Notes: generated by a model not told the origin, from the letters alone. A stretch of DNA of 62,899 nt, filler included, from Pirum gemmata (GCA_002812295.1; 10 parts of 10 records of this genome joined end to end with filler, not necessarily neighbours in it), one strand, 5' to 3'. Counted from the first letter of the whole stretch, positions 24,401 through 38,104 are shown. Numbers and translations are program-made.

Positions 24401-25781
24401 CAATAAGCAGTAGACCTATTCCATTTTTCAATAAGAATGACAATAACAATAACAATAACAATAACAGTAACAATAACAATAACAGTAACAATATCATGTA
24501 ACAATATTAATAACAATAACTATTATAACAATAACAATAACAATAACAATATAACAATAACAATAACAATAACAATATAACAATAACAATAACAATAACA
24601 ATAAATAATAACAACAACAACAATAATATCAATTATAAAAATAAGAATGATAACAATAATAATTAATAACACTAATACTAACAATTACTAACCTTTCTTT
24701 TTGTTTTTGTTTTTGTTTTTGGTTTTGGTTTTGGTTTTGGTTTTTAGTTTTGGTTTTGGTTTTGGTTTTGGTTNNNNNNNNNNNNNNNNNNNNNNNNNNN
24801 NNNNNNNNNNNNNNNNNTTAATTAATTAANNNNNNNNNNNNNNNNNNNNNNNNNNNNNNNNNNNNNNNNNNNNATAATAATAATTTATAATAATATGTAA
24901 TATTATATGATAAAATTTTAATTAATTAATATAACATTATATAATTATATTATATAACATAAATTATGAGAATATAATATTAGGATGTTTTCAGACTAGT
25001 AGATTATAGTGAACTATATTGTTTTGTTCAAATTTTTCGTTATAGAAAAATAGAATTTTTATTTATAATAAAAAATTTATACAAACACTTTTCACACTAA
25101 AGCAGGCTAACTCTAACTACAATTTACCTTTATCATTTAGGGTTAGGGTTAATCCCAATTAAAACCCAGTATAGTTAATTAGGATAAGGGTTAATTAAGG
25201 TAGAGTTAGGTTCAAGGTTAGGTTCAAGGTTAGGTTCAAGGTTAGGTTCAAGGTTATGGAGTGTTATGGTAAACATATATAATATAGTTTTCACGTGTAA
25301 TTCTAAAATATTAAACATCACAATATTTTTTAAATAAAGTTCTAAATCAAATCTTCTGTATATTACACAATGAATAATACAAGTTTTATTTTTTTTATGT
25401 ATTTTATTTTTTGGATTTTATTATTTATTTAAAATAAGCTCTAGTTTGACATTCTTTGAACCGTTCGTTTAATAAGTAATTTTAAATAATACGTAATTTT
25501 TTTTAATATGTAATTTTACTATTTATGAATACTATTATTAATATGTAATTATTATATATATTACGGAATTGTCAGTATTCGCACAATTTTACACTTTTGT
25601 CGCATAAAGTGTCTGTAATGTTATAAAAAGTAGCATGCCAATAATAGAAAAAAAGACATAATATATTGATTATTAAGATATATGTAATGTTATAAAAAGT
25701 AGCATGCCAATAATAGAAAAAAAGGATCCAACTCCACTTTCTATGTTTCCAAGTCTATCTATGTATGTATGATGTGAGTAG

Positions 25782-25844
<63 letters not shown>

Positions 25845-26114
25845 NNNNNNNNNNNNNNNNNNNNNNNNNNNNNNNNNNNNNNNNNNNNNNNNNNNNNNNN
25901 NNNNNNNNNNNNNNNNNNNNNNNNNNNNNNNNNNNNNNNNNNNNNNNNNNNNNNNNNNNNNNNNNNNNNNNNNNNNNNNNNNNAAAAAAAAAAAAAAAAA
26001 ACAAGGATTTTAATAAGTATAAAAAAAACTAAAAAAAAAAAAACCTAAAACCAAAAACCAAAACCAAAACCAAAACAGTAAATAATATTAATAACATTAA
26101 TAAATAAATAAAAA

Positions 26115-26798
26115 ATGTGCAAAGCATTAAAAAAGACAGAAGCATGCCCTTTTCTAGGTTGCAAAAAAGTTTATAGCTCGAGACGTGGGTTAATAGAACA
26201 CAGTAAAAGCAAACACTTTATGACCCCACAACAAATAAACTTCAAAAATGAAAAAGACCGAAAAATGAAACAATATAGCAGCAGCAACATAATTGGGGGC
26301 AAAGATTCTTACAAAGCGTTACCAAACACTAAAAGGCAAAAACAGGATCAATTACAAGAATTAATTCTGTCACCTTTAAAAATAGATTTAAAACCTCACG
26401 TGTACAATACTTCTACACTAGTATTAGATAATATCGATTTTAGTAGTAGTTTTGGAGCCTTTGATGTTGCTTCTATTGACATGAATTTTCCAAGTTCACC
26501 AACGTTTGATTTCTACGCTAATAATACTAATGATAATCTTCCTTGTACTTCAAATGCATATGATGCTCTTGCTATTGATTTTAGTATCAGTAATGTTAAT
26601 AGTACTGGTAGTGCTTGCATTTCACTGCCTGTTTCTCGTTCGTGTAGTCTTCATTCGAATTCTCTTTCACGTACATCTAGTCTTAATTCATTATGCTACG
26701 ACATTAACAGTATAAGTTTATTATCTCCCTTATCACCCCAACAACAAAGTGATATAGATATCAATGATTTACTATGTCAAATAATCGGTGATAATTAA
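26115..26798 (+). CDS. Single C2H2 zinc-finger protein with Ser/Asp/Asn-rich tail (probable transcription factor)
   Basis: CPFLGCKKVYSSRRGLIEHSKSKH matches C-x4-C-x12-H-x4-H; ATG preceded by AAAA; single open frame. Confidence 0.8.
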   Translation: MCKALKKTEACPFLGCKKVYSSRRGLIEHSKSKHFMTPQQINFKNEKDRKMKQYSSSNIIGGKDSYKALPNTKRQKQDQLQELILSPLKIDLKPHVYNTSTLVLDNIDFSSSFGAFDVASIDMNFPSSPTFDFYANNTNDNLPCTSNAYDALAIDFSISNVNSTGSACISLPVSRSCSLHSNSLSRTSSLNSLCYDINSISLLSPLSPQQQSDIDINDLLCQIIGDN

Positions 26799-26803
26799 TT
26801 TCA

Positions 26804-26834
<31 letters not shown>

Positions 26835-27456
26835 CAAAACAAAAAAAGTCTTTTTGTAAGAGAATTTTTAGTAATATTTTAATTAATAAATAAATAATTT
26901 TAAAAAATGATCCAATTTTAAAGTTTACAACGTTAACGATAGTAGAAATAAAAGAAAACTAATAAATTCCCAAGATAAACACACAGTATTTAGTCCAGAC
27001 TGAATATGGCAGCTATATGGCCCTATTTTCTATTTAGCTGAAAAGGTGTCTATATAGTTCTATACTGTTCTATATAAATATATATAATATTATAAAGAAA
27101 AATAATAATATATTAATACATTGATAAACAAAAATGAATAATATTTATAAAAAAAATGAATAATATTTATTAACCAATTGCAAGACAACAAGCAAAATTT
27201 TTAAAATATAATATTAAATTTTATTTTTTAAAAAAAAAACGTAAAAATCCCCAAATAAATAAAAGACTTTTTAGTAATTAATTTATAATTAATTAATATT
27301 AACTATCAAATAATTTAGCAGTTTCCAATGATAAATAAAAATGAATAATATTTACAACCCAAAAAAAGTAAAATTGAATATTCAAAAATTCACAATTCTT
27401 TTATTATTTTCCGTTTACAAAACGTATTATATTTATTTTTAATTTTTTTAAAACAA

Positions 27457-28191
27457 TTAACAAAATAAAAAACTGTTCTTGGGGTTAATGTTATTATTAC
27501 AAAACTTGTTATTGACATTAAAATTAGGAGACATGGAAAAGTCAAACAAAAAATTAGAATTAATATTTCCATCGTCTAAATTTAAATTTAAATAATGTTG
27601 CGCGTTAAATTTCGTTAATATAGTATTACTAAACTCCAGGTGTTGTAATTCAATTTTGTTGTTATACTCTATGTCAGAATTGTCAATGGATAGTACCGGT
27701 AGATTATTTAAGCTGCTGAGAGATGATGTTGTTGCGATATTGTATATTACATTTTCATTGGTAATACCGCAATCGGTTATAATATTATCAAAATTGTTTA
27801 AATTATACAAAGAGGTAATTGAGGTTGAAGTTAAAGTTGATGGTGATAACGGTGATAACGGTGATGGTGGTGATGATGATGGTAACGCTGGTGATGATGG
27901 TGATGATGGCGATGATGGTGATGATGGTGATGATGGTGATGATAGTGTTGGGTGTGGCGGTAGTGTCAATATTGTGGGTGATATGACTTTGGCTATGCCT
28001 TGAGCTGCTAATTTACACCCTAAACTTGCTTTTCTTTCTTTTTCATTCTGAAAATGTATTTGTTCAATAGTTAAGCCATGTTTTGCTTTAGTATGGGCCG
28101 ATAATCCGCGGCGACTATTGTAGCGCCTGCCACAACCTTCAGCTCGACAGAAATTGTCTTGGATTTTAGTATTTGTCATAGCTTTGCACAT
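27457..28191 (-). CDS. Single C2H2 zinc-finger protein, paralogue of 26115-26798, with a Ser/Pro-rich region
   Basis: CRAEGCGRRYNSRRGLSAHTKAKH; shares the MCKA start and QIxFxNEKxRK with its neighbour. Confidence 0.8.
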   Translation of the reverse strand: MCKAMTNTKIQDNFCRAEGCGRRYNSRRGLSAHTKAKHGLTIEQIHFQNEKERKASLGCKLAAQGIAKVISPTILTLPPHPTLSSPSSPSSPSSPSSPSSPALPSSSPPSPLSPLSPSTLTSTSITSLYNLNNFDNIITDCGITNENVIYNIATTSSLSSLNNLPVLSIDNSDIEYNNKIELQHLEFSNTILTKFNAQHYLNLNLDDGNINSNFLFDFSMSPNFNVNNKFCNNNINPKNSFLFC

Positions 28192-28364
28192 CTTTTTTGC
28201 AAAATTTAAATTTTTGTTTATTACTATTGTTGTTTTTGGTTTTGTTTTTTGGTTTTGTTTTCGTTTTTATTTTTGTTTTGGTTTTTGTTTTTGTTTTTTT
28301 GTTTTTGTTATATATATTTTTTTGTTTCTGGTTGGGGGCTTTTTGTTCTTTTATATTGCTTTGT

Positions 28365-28429
<65 letters not shown>

Positions 28430-28863
28430 GGACTTGTTAGGGAGTGTTAGGGAGTCAGCTGTAGGGAGTGTATAAATAAATAAATCAAACCTAGTAAATC
28501 AAACAGCAAAAAAAGCGAAAAAAAGCTCGGTTTTTTCCTAGCGATTTTTCTGGTGGATCTAAAATTGTGGTTGTGCAACTTGTGCTAACTCTTTTAAAAA
28601 AAAATAATTGGTGAACTTTGAGTGAACCAAAAAAAAAGGAATAGAAAAAAAACATGATTTGAAAAAATTGTTTCAATTCGTTCCAAGGTCTAGACCACAT
28701 TGATGTAGTTGGACCCTGATTTGTGTAGGAGTCTCTGACTATAATATATATAGTTGAGCACTAGCTAATAGACCATGATAGACCTATTGTGTGGTGTACT
28801 TGGTATTAAGTTGACTACCAACCAGTAGAGCTTAGCTTACTAGCTAGTAGCTCTGGTGCAAAC

Positions 28864-29136
28864 AGGAGGAGTGACACCTATAAGAGTCCTATAAGTAAAT
28901 GACCCCTTAACTTGAGTTTAGCTTGGCACTAATTCCACAACCCGCAGCCATTTACGGCTTCCAAATTAAAAGTAAATTGTAAATCATAAATAGTAAAATA
29001 ATTTGTTTTTTTGGAAAGTCTTAATATAGTAACTTAAGATACCCTAAACAGGTTCATTTTCACTATAAGTAGTAAGTCGCAGCCACAGCGGAAAATGAAA
29101 ATTCAGAGTCATATTGGAGGGGTGTCACCCTTCCTG
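28864..29136. mobile_element. MITE family J (about 270 bp)
   Basis: cagggagagtgacacc...ggtgtcacccttcctg inverted ends; reverse copy at about 58977-59233. Confidence 0.7.
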
Positions 29137-29729
29137 TGCAAACAATCTAAAAACATCATCCTTTTTTTTTAAAAAATGAAAAGTCTCATCTTCATTGATT
29201 CTTCAAATCTATTAAATACCTATTTCATTACTTTTGTTCGAAAACTGAAAATTCTAGTGAAATGCAAATGCCGGACGTTGCACCATAGAAATATCCATAG
29301 CTCTACTATCTACTAGTAGAGACTGGCAATGTCTACTAGCTATTATGGTAGCTAAGGTAGTTTCTAAGGCTATATTATATATCATATATTATGATATATA
29401 TTTTATATATTTATGTATAATATTATATTAATATTATATATAGCTAGCTGGTTGGTGGGCAGAAGTAGCTGCAGGAGTTCTGCAGGTGCAAATAAATATA
29501 ACATAGATCAGCTTTTGGGTGAGAATATAACATGTATAATATTATGGATAATTATAATTTGGCTTTTCTAGATTACAGACATACGTATATAATTGTATAT
29601 AACTTTAATTATATTTGGCACCAAACACCCATAATAATATATAAAATGTACAATACAACTACGTGTACTTATTGTATATTTATAGGTTTATACTAGCTAT
29701 AGTTTATCCTAACTCCCAAGCCCCTATTA

Positions 29730-29797
29730 CCTAACCCTAACCCTAACCCTAACCCTAACCCTAACCCTAACCCTAACCCTAACCCTAACCCTAACCC
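29730..29797 (-). repeat. Interstitial (CCCTAA)n array
   Basis: About 11 perfect units. Confidence 0.95.
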
Positions 29798-30947
29798 TGT
29801 ATGGTATACCATAATAAATTATGTCATACCAAACAAAAGAAAAAAATAAGAAAAAGACATTCGAATATATATAATGTTAATTAATTAAAATTAAATTAAA
29901 AAATAGTTTGATTTTCATAAATATTACACTTGTACGTATTAGATATTTTCAATCCACTTCAAAAATTGAAATAAACTTACCAAATTATTATTATGGTTAA
30001 ACTATCAGACATGTTTTAATTAATTTGGTATTTTATATACTTATTATTGTTGTATTTCATAAACAAGTTCAATTATACACTTAAACAGCACCAAACTAAA
30101 GATTGAGAGGACACCTGTAATGAAATAGACGATATTATGATAGTCTGTATAATTGGGGTACGATATCGATATGAATCGTATGATAGACGGCAAGGTGGTG
30201 GTCTAAAATCAAAGACCCAGGAAAAAAGAAATTGTCTGAAAAGTTCTAAAATGTAAACTACTATGCAAACAATTTTTAAAAAAACGTTCGTCTTTTGGGA
30301 CTCTTTTGGGGTTCACTAGAATTTTCAGTTTTCGAACAAAAGTAATAAAATAGCTATTTAATATATTTGAAATTTTCAAACAGTATTACATATAAAAAAA
30401 GATAAGACTTTTCGTTACTTTTTCGTTAGTAAAAAAAAGGATGACGTTATTAGATTGTTTGTCCTGTATGGGTGATATGATAGATTAAGACTAGATTGTG
30501 TAGTAAAGTCTGACGTCACTTGCACAGGATCTTCAATGCCGATCTGGCTAGACTGCAGTTCTGCAGCCAATCACACCACAGATGTTTAGAACATTGTCAA
30601 CAACCAAAAAGACCAGCATGACAATATTTTTTTTTCGGTGGAAATTGAACCACTGTTGAAGCTGTATGGCACGGTTAAATTGGTCTCGAGGGCTCCGAGT
30701 CTCCAACCCTGTCCCTGGGCAGTAAAATATATATATTAGATAATTTCCATTGGCTCTTAAAATATTTATAGCGAATTTTTTGGGGTTTTTGAGTCGGTTT
30801 TTGAGTGGACATAGGGAATAGAACTCTGACTAGAACAGTCTACTAGCTAGAACTCTAGAAAAAAAATTGGCATCCTTGTTTTTTTCTATCATACGGGTTT
30901 TTTCTATTATTATCATGCTATTATTATTATTATTATCATTATTGTTA

Positions 30948-30979
<32 letters not shown>

Positions 30980-32043
30980 CTTTTATTCTTATTCTTTTAT
31001 TCTTATTCTTTTATTCNNNNNNNNNNNNNNNNNNNNNNNNNNNNNNNNNNNNNNNNNNNNTTAATTAATTAANNNNNNNNNNNNNNNNNNNNNNNNNNNN
31101 NNNNNNNNNNNNNNNNAATGACTTGCAGATAATGTTGATAGCAACACTCATAACAGTACACAAAGAAACAGGTTCTCTACTCCTAATATAGACGCTTTCT
31201 TAAGAGGAAATGGTAGTTGTGGTAGTAGTAGTAGTAGTGGTAATAGTGGTAGTGGTAGTAGTAGTGGTAGTGGTAGTAGTAATAGTAGTAGTAGTAGTAA
31301 TAGTAGTAGTTATTATAATAGTTAATAATAGTATAGTTTAATAGTAGTACTATTAGTACTTGAAAAAAAAAAAAATCGTCCGAAACGCTGATTTCTTTCT
31401 CGGTCTGATGCATTTTGTTTCGGACAGTGCGGACGCAAAGTATTTCGGTCGGTCGAAACTCGGACCAGAAATGTTTTGGATACCGGTATTACATCTCTGG
31501 GTTACTCATCATATAGTTTTTTTCCTTTTTCAGCCAGATGTTTCAGCATCTTCTTTTTAAAAAAGCTAGCATCAAATTTTTTATTATATTTTTTTTCATA
31601 TAAACGCTTCACCTGTCTGTTAATGGTGGCTTTAACCCTTTTAGCCTCCTTTGGTTTATCAGTCATTTTTAATTGATAACAAATTGTATCATAAGTCATC
31701 TTTTATTATAATATTATTTATTTAAAAATTATTTTTGAAGACAGGTTTGACTGAATGAGGTTTAAAGGTATTTTAGTTAAATTTAGACAGTATTTTTTCA
31801 GTAATGAACCCTTGGCAATAAAAAATACAAAGCAAACAAACAAATAATCTCTCAAAAAATGGTATAAATACTGAACTACACTTTAGTTGACCTAAAAAAA
31901 ATATACGTAATTATTATCTAACTAAAAAGTTAAATTTTAATATTGAAAAATTTTATTACAGAATTAAATTTTGATAATTATTACATAATTAAATTTATTT
32001 ATAATCCCATTATTCAAAACTAAACAAAAATCAGTGATTAGCA

Positions 32044-33111
32044 ATGTCTGCGGGAGATGAACTTTTTGATTGGTATAGTGGCATCCACTACGAATTTGCC
32101 TGGGGATTGTACATTACTGTATTGGTCATTGCCGTATTAACAAATGGTTTATGCTTGTTTATTAATTGTTTTCATCCAGATGTACGAAAAACCAAAATGG
32201 CTCTATTGGTACGATGGTTAAACGGTGAAGATTTTATTTACTCATTGATGTGTTTGATTCAATGTTGCATTAACTTAGCACATAAACAGCTTGTTGGAAA
32301 ATACAGTGCATGCGCCTTTCAAGCTGGGTTTTCCATGTTTTTTATTCTTGCCACGGCATATTCATTATTACTAATTTCTTATGATGCGTATGTTACTATT
32401 GTAAAGGGGAGAAAAGGTGTAACTTCAAAATTTGCCTTCATTTATCATATGGTCGCTTATGTTATCATTCTTGGGATTACGTTAGTGTGTGTGGTTGTGT
32501 GGCCTGCTGGTTTAGTAGCATCTGGAACTTATTGTATGCCAAATTTAAACTTCTGGCCGATTACAATACTGTTTTACGTTGTAGGTTTAGGAACCGTAGC
32601 AGTATGCATGACTTATTGTTATGTTAATGTATTTTTGACAGTAAGAAAAGATAGTCTGCGCCTTTCTACTGGTAATTACTCCAAAGCGGAGATTAAAGCA
32701 CAGAAAAGACAAAAGAGGTTGACTATCCGTCTGTCAATGTTTGTAGTTGTGTTTTGTATTTGTTATTCACCTTTGGCGGTTGGGGCGGTTATGTTTTGGG
32801 CCGGAGTAGGAACTCCGCCTTCGGTTGACATTCTTTTTGGTGTTTTGTGCCATGGACAATCCTTTTTCAATCCGCTTTTGTATTTTTGGATGAATAAGAA
32901 TTCTAGAAAAGCAGTGTTAAGTTACTTTGGCCTTTCTCAAAGATTTACTACAAGAACAGAAGGCATTTCTGATACTCAATTGAATAGTTGTACGCCTAAT
33001 ACTACTTCAACAGGTATTACTGCATTTAGTAAAACAAATGATTCCTTAGCTGCCAGCTTTGATGGTGCAAAACATTTGGATAATGATAATGTGTATGTTG
33101 GTGAAGTTTAA
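32044..33111 (+). CDS. Class A (rhodopsin-like) 7TM GPCR, single exon
   Basis: Seven hydrophobic segments; TM1 N (LTNG), TM2 D (GEDF), TM3 Cys (SACAFQ), ISYDAY for DRY, ECL2 Cys (GTYCMP), FCICYSP for CWxP, NPLLY, Ser/Thr-rich tail. Confidence 0.88.
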   Translation: MSAGDELFDWYSGIHYEFAWGLYITVLVIAVLTNGLCLFINCFHPDVRKTKMALLVRWLNGEDFIYSLMCLIQCCINLAHKQLVGKYSACAFQAGFSMFFILATAYSLLLISYDAYVTIVKGRKGVTSKFAFIYHMVAYVIILGITLVCVVVWPAGLVASGTYCMPNLNFWPITILFYVVGLGTVAVCMTYCYVNVFLTVRKDSLRLSTGNYSKAEIKAQKRQKRLTIRLSMFVVVFCICYSPLAVGAVMFWAGVGTPPSVDILFGVLCHGQSFFNPLLYFWMNKNSRKAVLSYFGLSQRFTTRTEGISDTQLNSCTPNTTSTGITAFSKTNDSLAASFDGAKHLDNDNVYVGEV

Positions 33112-33332
33112 AAGTGTAGTTTTTAATTCAATTAGCGATACTGTTGAAGTTTGAGCCCATGCAAAACGAATCTAAACGCGAAAAAAAATACTGGCACCCA
33201 ATGGGCCTAATAAAGCTCTAAAGGGCACCCCCCCCCCAAAAAAAAGTCGGAAAATATGACTTCTAGCTTAGTACTGTAGCATTACTGTAGCTTCATGGTT
33301 AAATTTCTCCTGCTCCTCAGGGTTTTTTTCTG

Positions 33333-33367
<35 letters not shown>

Positions 33368-33659
33368 CATCTGTTTTATAATAAAAAAAAAATAAAAAAA
33401 ATTTTAAAAAATAAATAAATAAATAAAGAAATAAATAAAAAATAAAGTTTTTCCCAGTTTTTCTATTCATAGTTTTCTTTTATTGCTATTTATATTGATT
33501 ATATTATATTAAATTTTATTGTTTATTGGAGGACTCTTTTTTTGTATTTGTTTTATTATTTTGGATTATATCTGGTATAATATATATTATATCTAACTAA
33601 CCTGAATTTGGTGAGTAGTACGGTATAACTATCAAAACATCATCAACAAATTAAACTAC

Positions 33660-34080
33660 GAAGCGACTACGAATTATTCGATACAAACTTAAAAAATCTT
33701 TTCTACACCCAGCAATCGACCTACAACAACAACAATTATATATAATGAGTTATGAGTTACGAAAAATGGAAAAAAAGAAGTAACAAAAACATTTCTAGAA
33801 TCCAAACCATTAGTAATATCTCCAAATAGTTGGAATCTACAACTGATCATGGCAAATATTATACTGCCAGTAGATTTAATTAAAAGCATAGAAGAACATC
33901 TCAACACAAAAACTTTTAATGACAACAATCTCAACAACCTATGGAATGTAATGTAGAACAAAATGAATAGGAAAGAATAATCAAAAACAAGAAAAGTACA
34001 CAAAAATACTACCAACAAACCTTGAAAAGTCATATAATATAATATATGAATACTAACGGTATACTAACTCAAAGAAAACT
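33660..34080 (+). mobile_element. Decayed fragment of the LINE at 44100-46290 (region 3' of RT)
   Basis: aaaacttttaatgacaacaatctcaacaacctatggaat matches KTFNDNNLNDLWN of ORF 44334-44657; further fragments at about 34320-34450, 41840-42110, 42460-43040 and 50650-50730. Confidence 0.7.
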
Positions 34081-35544
34081 ATTTTTTTTTTTCTAAAGAG
34101 AAATTTTAGTCCTGTTTTCCTTATAAAGAGGAGGAGCCATATCACCTATTTCATTACAGTTGTTCTCTCAATCTTTAATTTGGTACTGTTTAAGTGTATA
34201 ATTGAACTTATAAAATACCAAATCAATTAAAACATGTCTGATAGTTTAAAACCATAATAATAATTTGGTAGGTTTATTTCAGTTTTTGAACTAAAAAACA
34301 CGATAGGTTTTACAGCTATACTGTTGATTTGTTTTATAATACTTTGGTAAAAGTTAATAAGTTAAAAATTTGATTGTTGTTCGGTTTTAACTTGTTTTAC
34401 TTTTCATAATAATATACCATAATATATAGTAGTATTCGTTCTTTTATGGTACAGGTACTATCATTGATATATCATACACAAGCATACACATGTAGTTAGT
34501 TTTTCTAGCAAAGTACAACACTAGTTAAAACCGAACGACACATCTGAACAACAATAGTGCTTTTCAGTTGTTTTGTCATCATAAACTATGCAATGAATAG
34601 TACCAAAATTTAATTAATACAAAATGAACCCTTTAATAATTTAATTTGGTGTCTTTTATAATATTATCTATTTATTTATTTAAAAATGTCTATTTAAATA
34701 TTATTACCCTCCAAATAAATATTCAGAGTGACAAAATAAATGAAAAGAACGATAATATATTATATGCATATATAATTATATTGGCTTACTAAATCAATGG
34801 CTGAGTAGCTATTAATACATAGATACTATTATTAATTAATAAAAAATAAAACATATATTTTCTGATTTAAAAAAATATCATAGTCAATACTATGGTAACA
34901 GGGACTACTACTAGCTAGCAGTATGTTGTATTATAAACAACCGGAGAAATATCCATTCTTTGGGATAACTTAAAATGAATAGAACTTTACTTACAGGTCT
35001 TATAATTACAAGCCGAAAAATGAAAAACTAGCTAGTCTAGACTATAACTTTTGTTCAGGAATCAGAAAGGTTATACAGAATTTTTTTTTTTTTTTAACAG
35101 CCAAGAGTCAGGCAGCCCAAGCCGGATAAAGCTGTATTTTTTTTTTTTAAAAGACTTCTTTTCTAAAAAAACTAGCCAAATTATTTTTTAAAACTAACCA
35201 ATTGGTTCATAATAGAGTTTTCTTAGTTAGATGATTTCTCACAATTTGGTAGTACTTTTATTAAATTTGGAACATTGGAATTTTGATCTCATTTGCCAGA
35301 TGTCGCCGTTTTTATCCGACTATTTGTAGTTAAAAACATTTCGAGTTCTATTCATTTTTTTGTTGACATGTGCGAAAGTCGAAAATTCACCAAAAGTACC
35401 TGAAGAAATATAGCAATGTTTTATTTTTATTGCAGATTTAGCAATCATTAGCATACCTCAGTTTTGATCGTTTATCATGCATGATATTATAGTTGTTAAG
35501 TTACATTCACTGTTGCATTAGATTTTGTTACTTTTTACATAATC

Positions 35545-35920
35545 ATGCCACCGAAAAAGACTTTTAGAAACAAAGTCAGACCAAGAGAGAAAAGATAACA
35601 GTCAGTATTGTAATAAAAAAAATAAAGGTAGTTAAGCTACAGTTTGGTTTAGATGAAAGCAACTGGGATGATGATGCTATTATTACTGTTGAAGAAGAGG
35701 ATGATGATGACTGGGTTGATGAAGAATTAGTAGAAGAAGTAGAAGAAGTAGTAGTAGCAGAAGAAGAAGAAGAAGTATCATGCAGTTACGACTGTGATAC
35801 AGTAGAAGTTAAAGAAGAAACTTTATTAGAACTGATTGAAAACGAAAAGAAAAGAAAGAAAAGAAAGACACTTAAATCAGGTTTTGCAATGGAAAGAAGG
35901 GTTGAAACAGTGTTGAATCC
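35545..35920 (+). pseudogene. Interrupted reading frame with basic start and acidic tract; identity unknown
   Basis: MPPKKTFRNKVRPREKR* then, in a shifted frame, DESNWDDDAIITVEEEDDDDWVDEE...KKRKKRK. Confidence 0.3.
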
Positions 35921-36886
35921 TTTTTTTTTTTTTTTTGAAAAAGGTTTTTACATGTAGCTAGCTACTAGCTAGCTAGAACGTCAAACAGTGTCAAACAGGA
36001 AAGTATATAGTGAACTACTAAAATTGGCTTTTTAAAAGAAACCATATATGGTAAGAGAAAATGTTAGTAAGTTACTTAATAAGTTAGTAAAGTATATATA
36101 TATGTTGCTACTAAATTTGAGTTCTAAATAACCATAAAAAGTAATATATTAGTAAGTTATTTAAAATTTAGTAAAGTAGCTAGCTAGTAGCCATCGTGCC
36201 TTTCATTTATTTTGTCACTCCGAATATTTATTGGGTGGGTTATAATCTTTAAATTGACATTTTTAAATCAATGTATAGATAATAAAATATACCAAATTAA
36301 ATTAAATGGATTTATATTGTATTAATTTGGAACTATTTTATGATGACAAAACAAGTTTTTTAAAAACAACTGAAAAGCACTCAGGAAAAGCACTACAGAC
36401 TAGACTAGCTAGCTAGCTACTAGACTATTACTAGCTAGCAAGCTACTAGTAGCTATGATAGCTAACCATGCCTATCTCGTGTAGTCTACTAGCTAGCTAG
36501 CTCATGTAGTCTAGCTACTACTAGGACGTCTACTAGCTACTAGCTAGTAGAGTCTAGAGACGAGTGATAGAGTTTTAGTAGACGGTAGACCCCTCTAGCT
36601 AGCTAGCTACTAGTAGTAGTCTGTCTACTGACCCCCGTGAATAGACTACTTTTTTTTATCTGGCTCAATTGCTCAGATTTGGGTCTCGAAATCTACATCA
36701 ATCATTTGTAAACCGACTATTTTTTATATACTCGAACACTACTCGATTTTTCGAACATTCCTTTGGAATCTTGCTCCGAAAGAGCACGTTTTTGCAGAAT
36801 TCACTAATAAATCTAGTTTTTACCTACTGCTAGCTAGCTAGCTAGACTAGAGTTAGCTAGAAAGTAAAAGTGAAGAAGTAAAGTAT

Positions 36887-37040
36887 GATATGGATGAAGC
36901 CTTGAGATACTTTATGTCTGCGGCTGAAAATGGTGATTCTGACGCCCAGTAGTCTATAGTATTGCTGTTATGCCTGTAAATTTGGAAGAAGCTTTATGGC
37001 GGCTGACAAAGGTCATTGTAAAGCGCAATACCATCTGCTC
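36887..37040 (+). pseudogene. Sel1-like repeat gene remnant
   Basis: DMDEALRYFMSAAENGDSDAQ[5-bp insertion]YSIA and MAADKGHCKAQYHL match the Sel1 pattern A..YF..AA..G...AQY.L; frameshifted. Confidence 0.6.
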
Positions 37041-37184
37041 TGATACTGCTAGCTAGCTAGTAGTATGCATAGTACTAGCTAGCTAGCTAGACTAGTGTGC
37101 ATCACTTTTTTTTTCATCTCGCTTCTTTTTTTAAAATTTTATAATATTATTGATGCATTGACTTTGATTAAAAAAATTATATTA

Positions 37185-37223
<39 letters not shown>

Positions 37224-37970
37224 NNNNNNNNNNNNNNNNNNNNNNNNNNNNNNNNNNNNNNNNNNNNTTAATTAATTAANNNNNNNNNNNNNNNNNNNNN
37301 NNNNNNNNNNNNNNNNNNNNNNNACTAACCAGTGGTTAGTTAACTCTTTTTAATTAGTAAAATTTCCTTATTTGGAATTATTTATAAATCACTTAAAAGG
37401 CGCCACTAACCAGCGCGCAGTAAAATTGCGAGTTTTTTCTTGAAATTTTTATTAATTGATTGATGACGTCATATGTATCCACTCGCTCTGAACTTCGTTC
37501 GCCGCTCGTTCGTAGACTAACCAAAAAAAAACATTCACTCGTTCCCAAAAAAAAGCTCGTTCGATTTTTTTTTACGAAGCACTAACCACAGTTAGTAAAA
37601 AAAATCGTTAACTAACGTTAAACTAGCTTAGTTATTTTGTAGACAGTAGACTATGTATGATAATATAAATATATCAGATTGAAATCGTATAGAATATAGT
37701 CTAGCTAGATAGACTATCTGATATATGCTTGAACTCAATCCAAAGTTCCAAACTCAATCACGTTCGAATGAACTGGGATATAAATAAAGTGAATGAATAT
37801 AAAGAAAAAGAAAGAATAAACAGTGAATAAACACCACTGAATAAATACATTATAATAATTACTAGATAATAATTATACCCCCAATAGTTTTTCTAGGTTT
37901 TAGCTAGGCTAGACTGATTTTTTTATTATTTCACAACTAGACTATCGATATTTCAAGATTTCAAGCTTTT

Positions 37971-38042
37971 GAATTTATTATTAGTGAAATTAGTTTCGGT
38001 TTGAAACAAGGAGTTCGAAAAAAAAAAAAAAAACTATACCTG

Positions 38043-38104
<62 letters not shown>

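Noticed and set aside
31502..31699. Short Lys-rich ORF
   Set aside because: 65 aa with no recognisable motif; a gene call cannot be supported.
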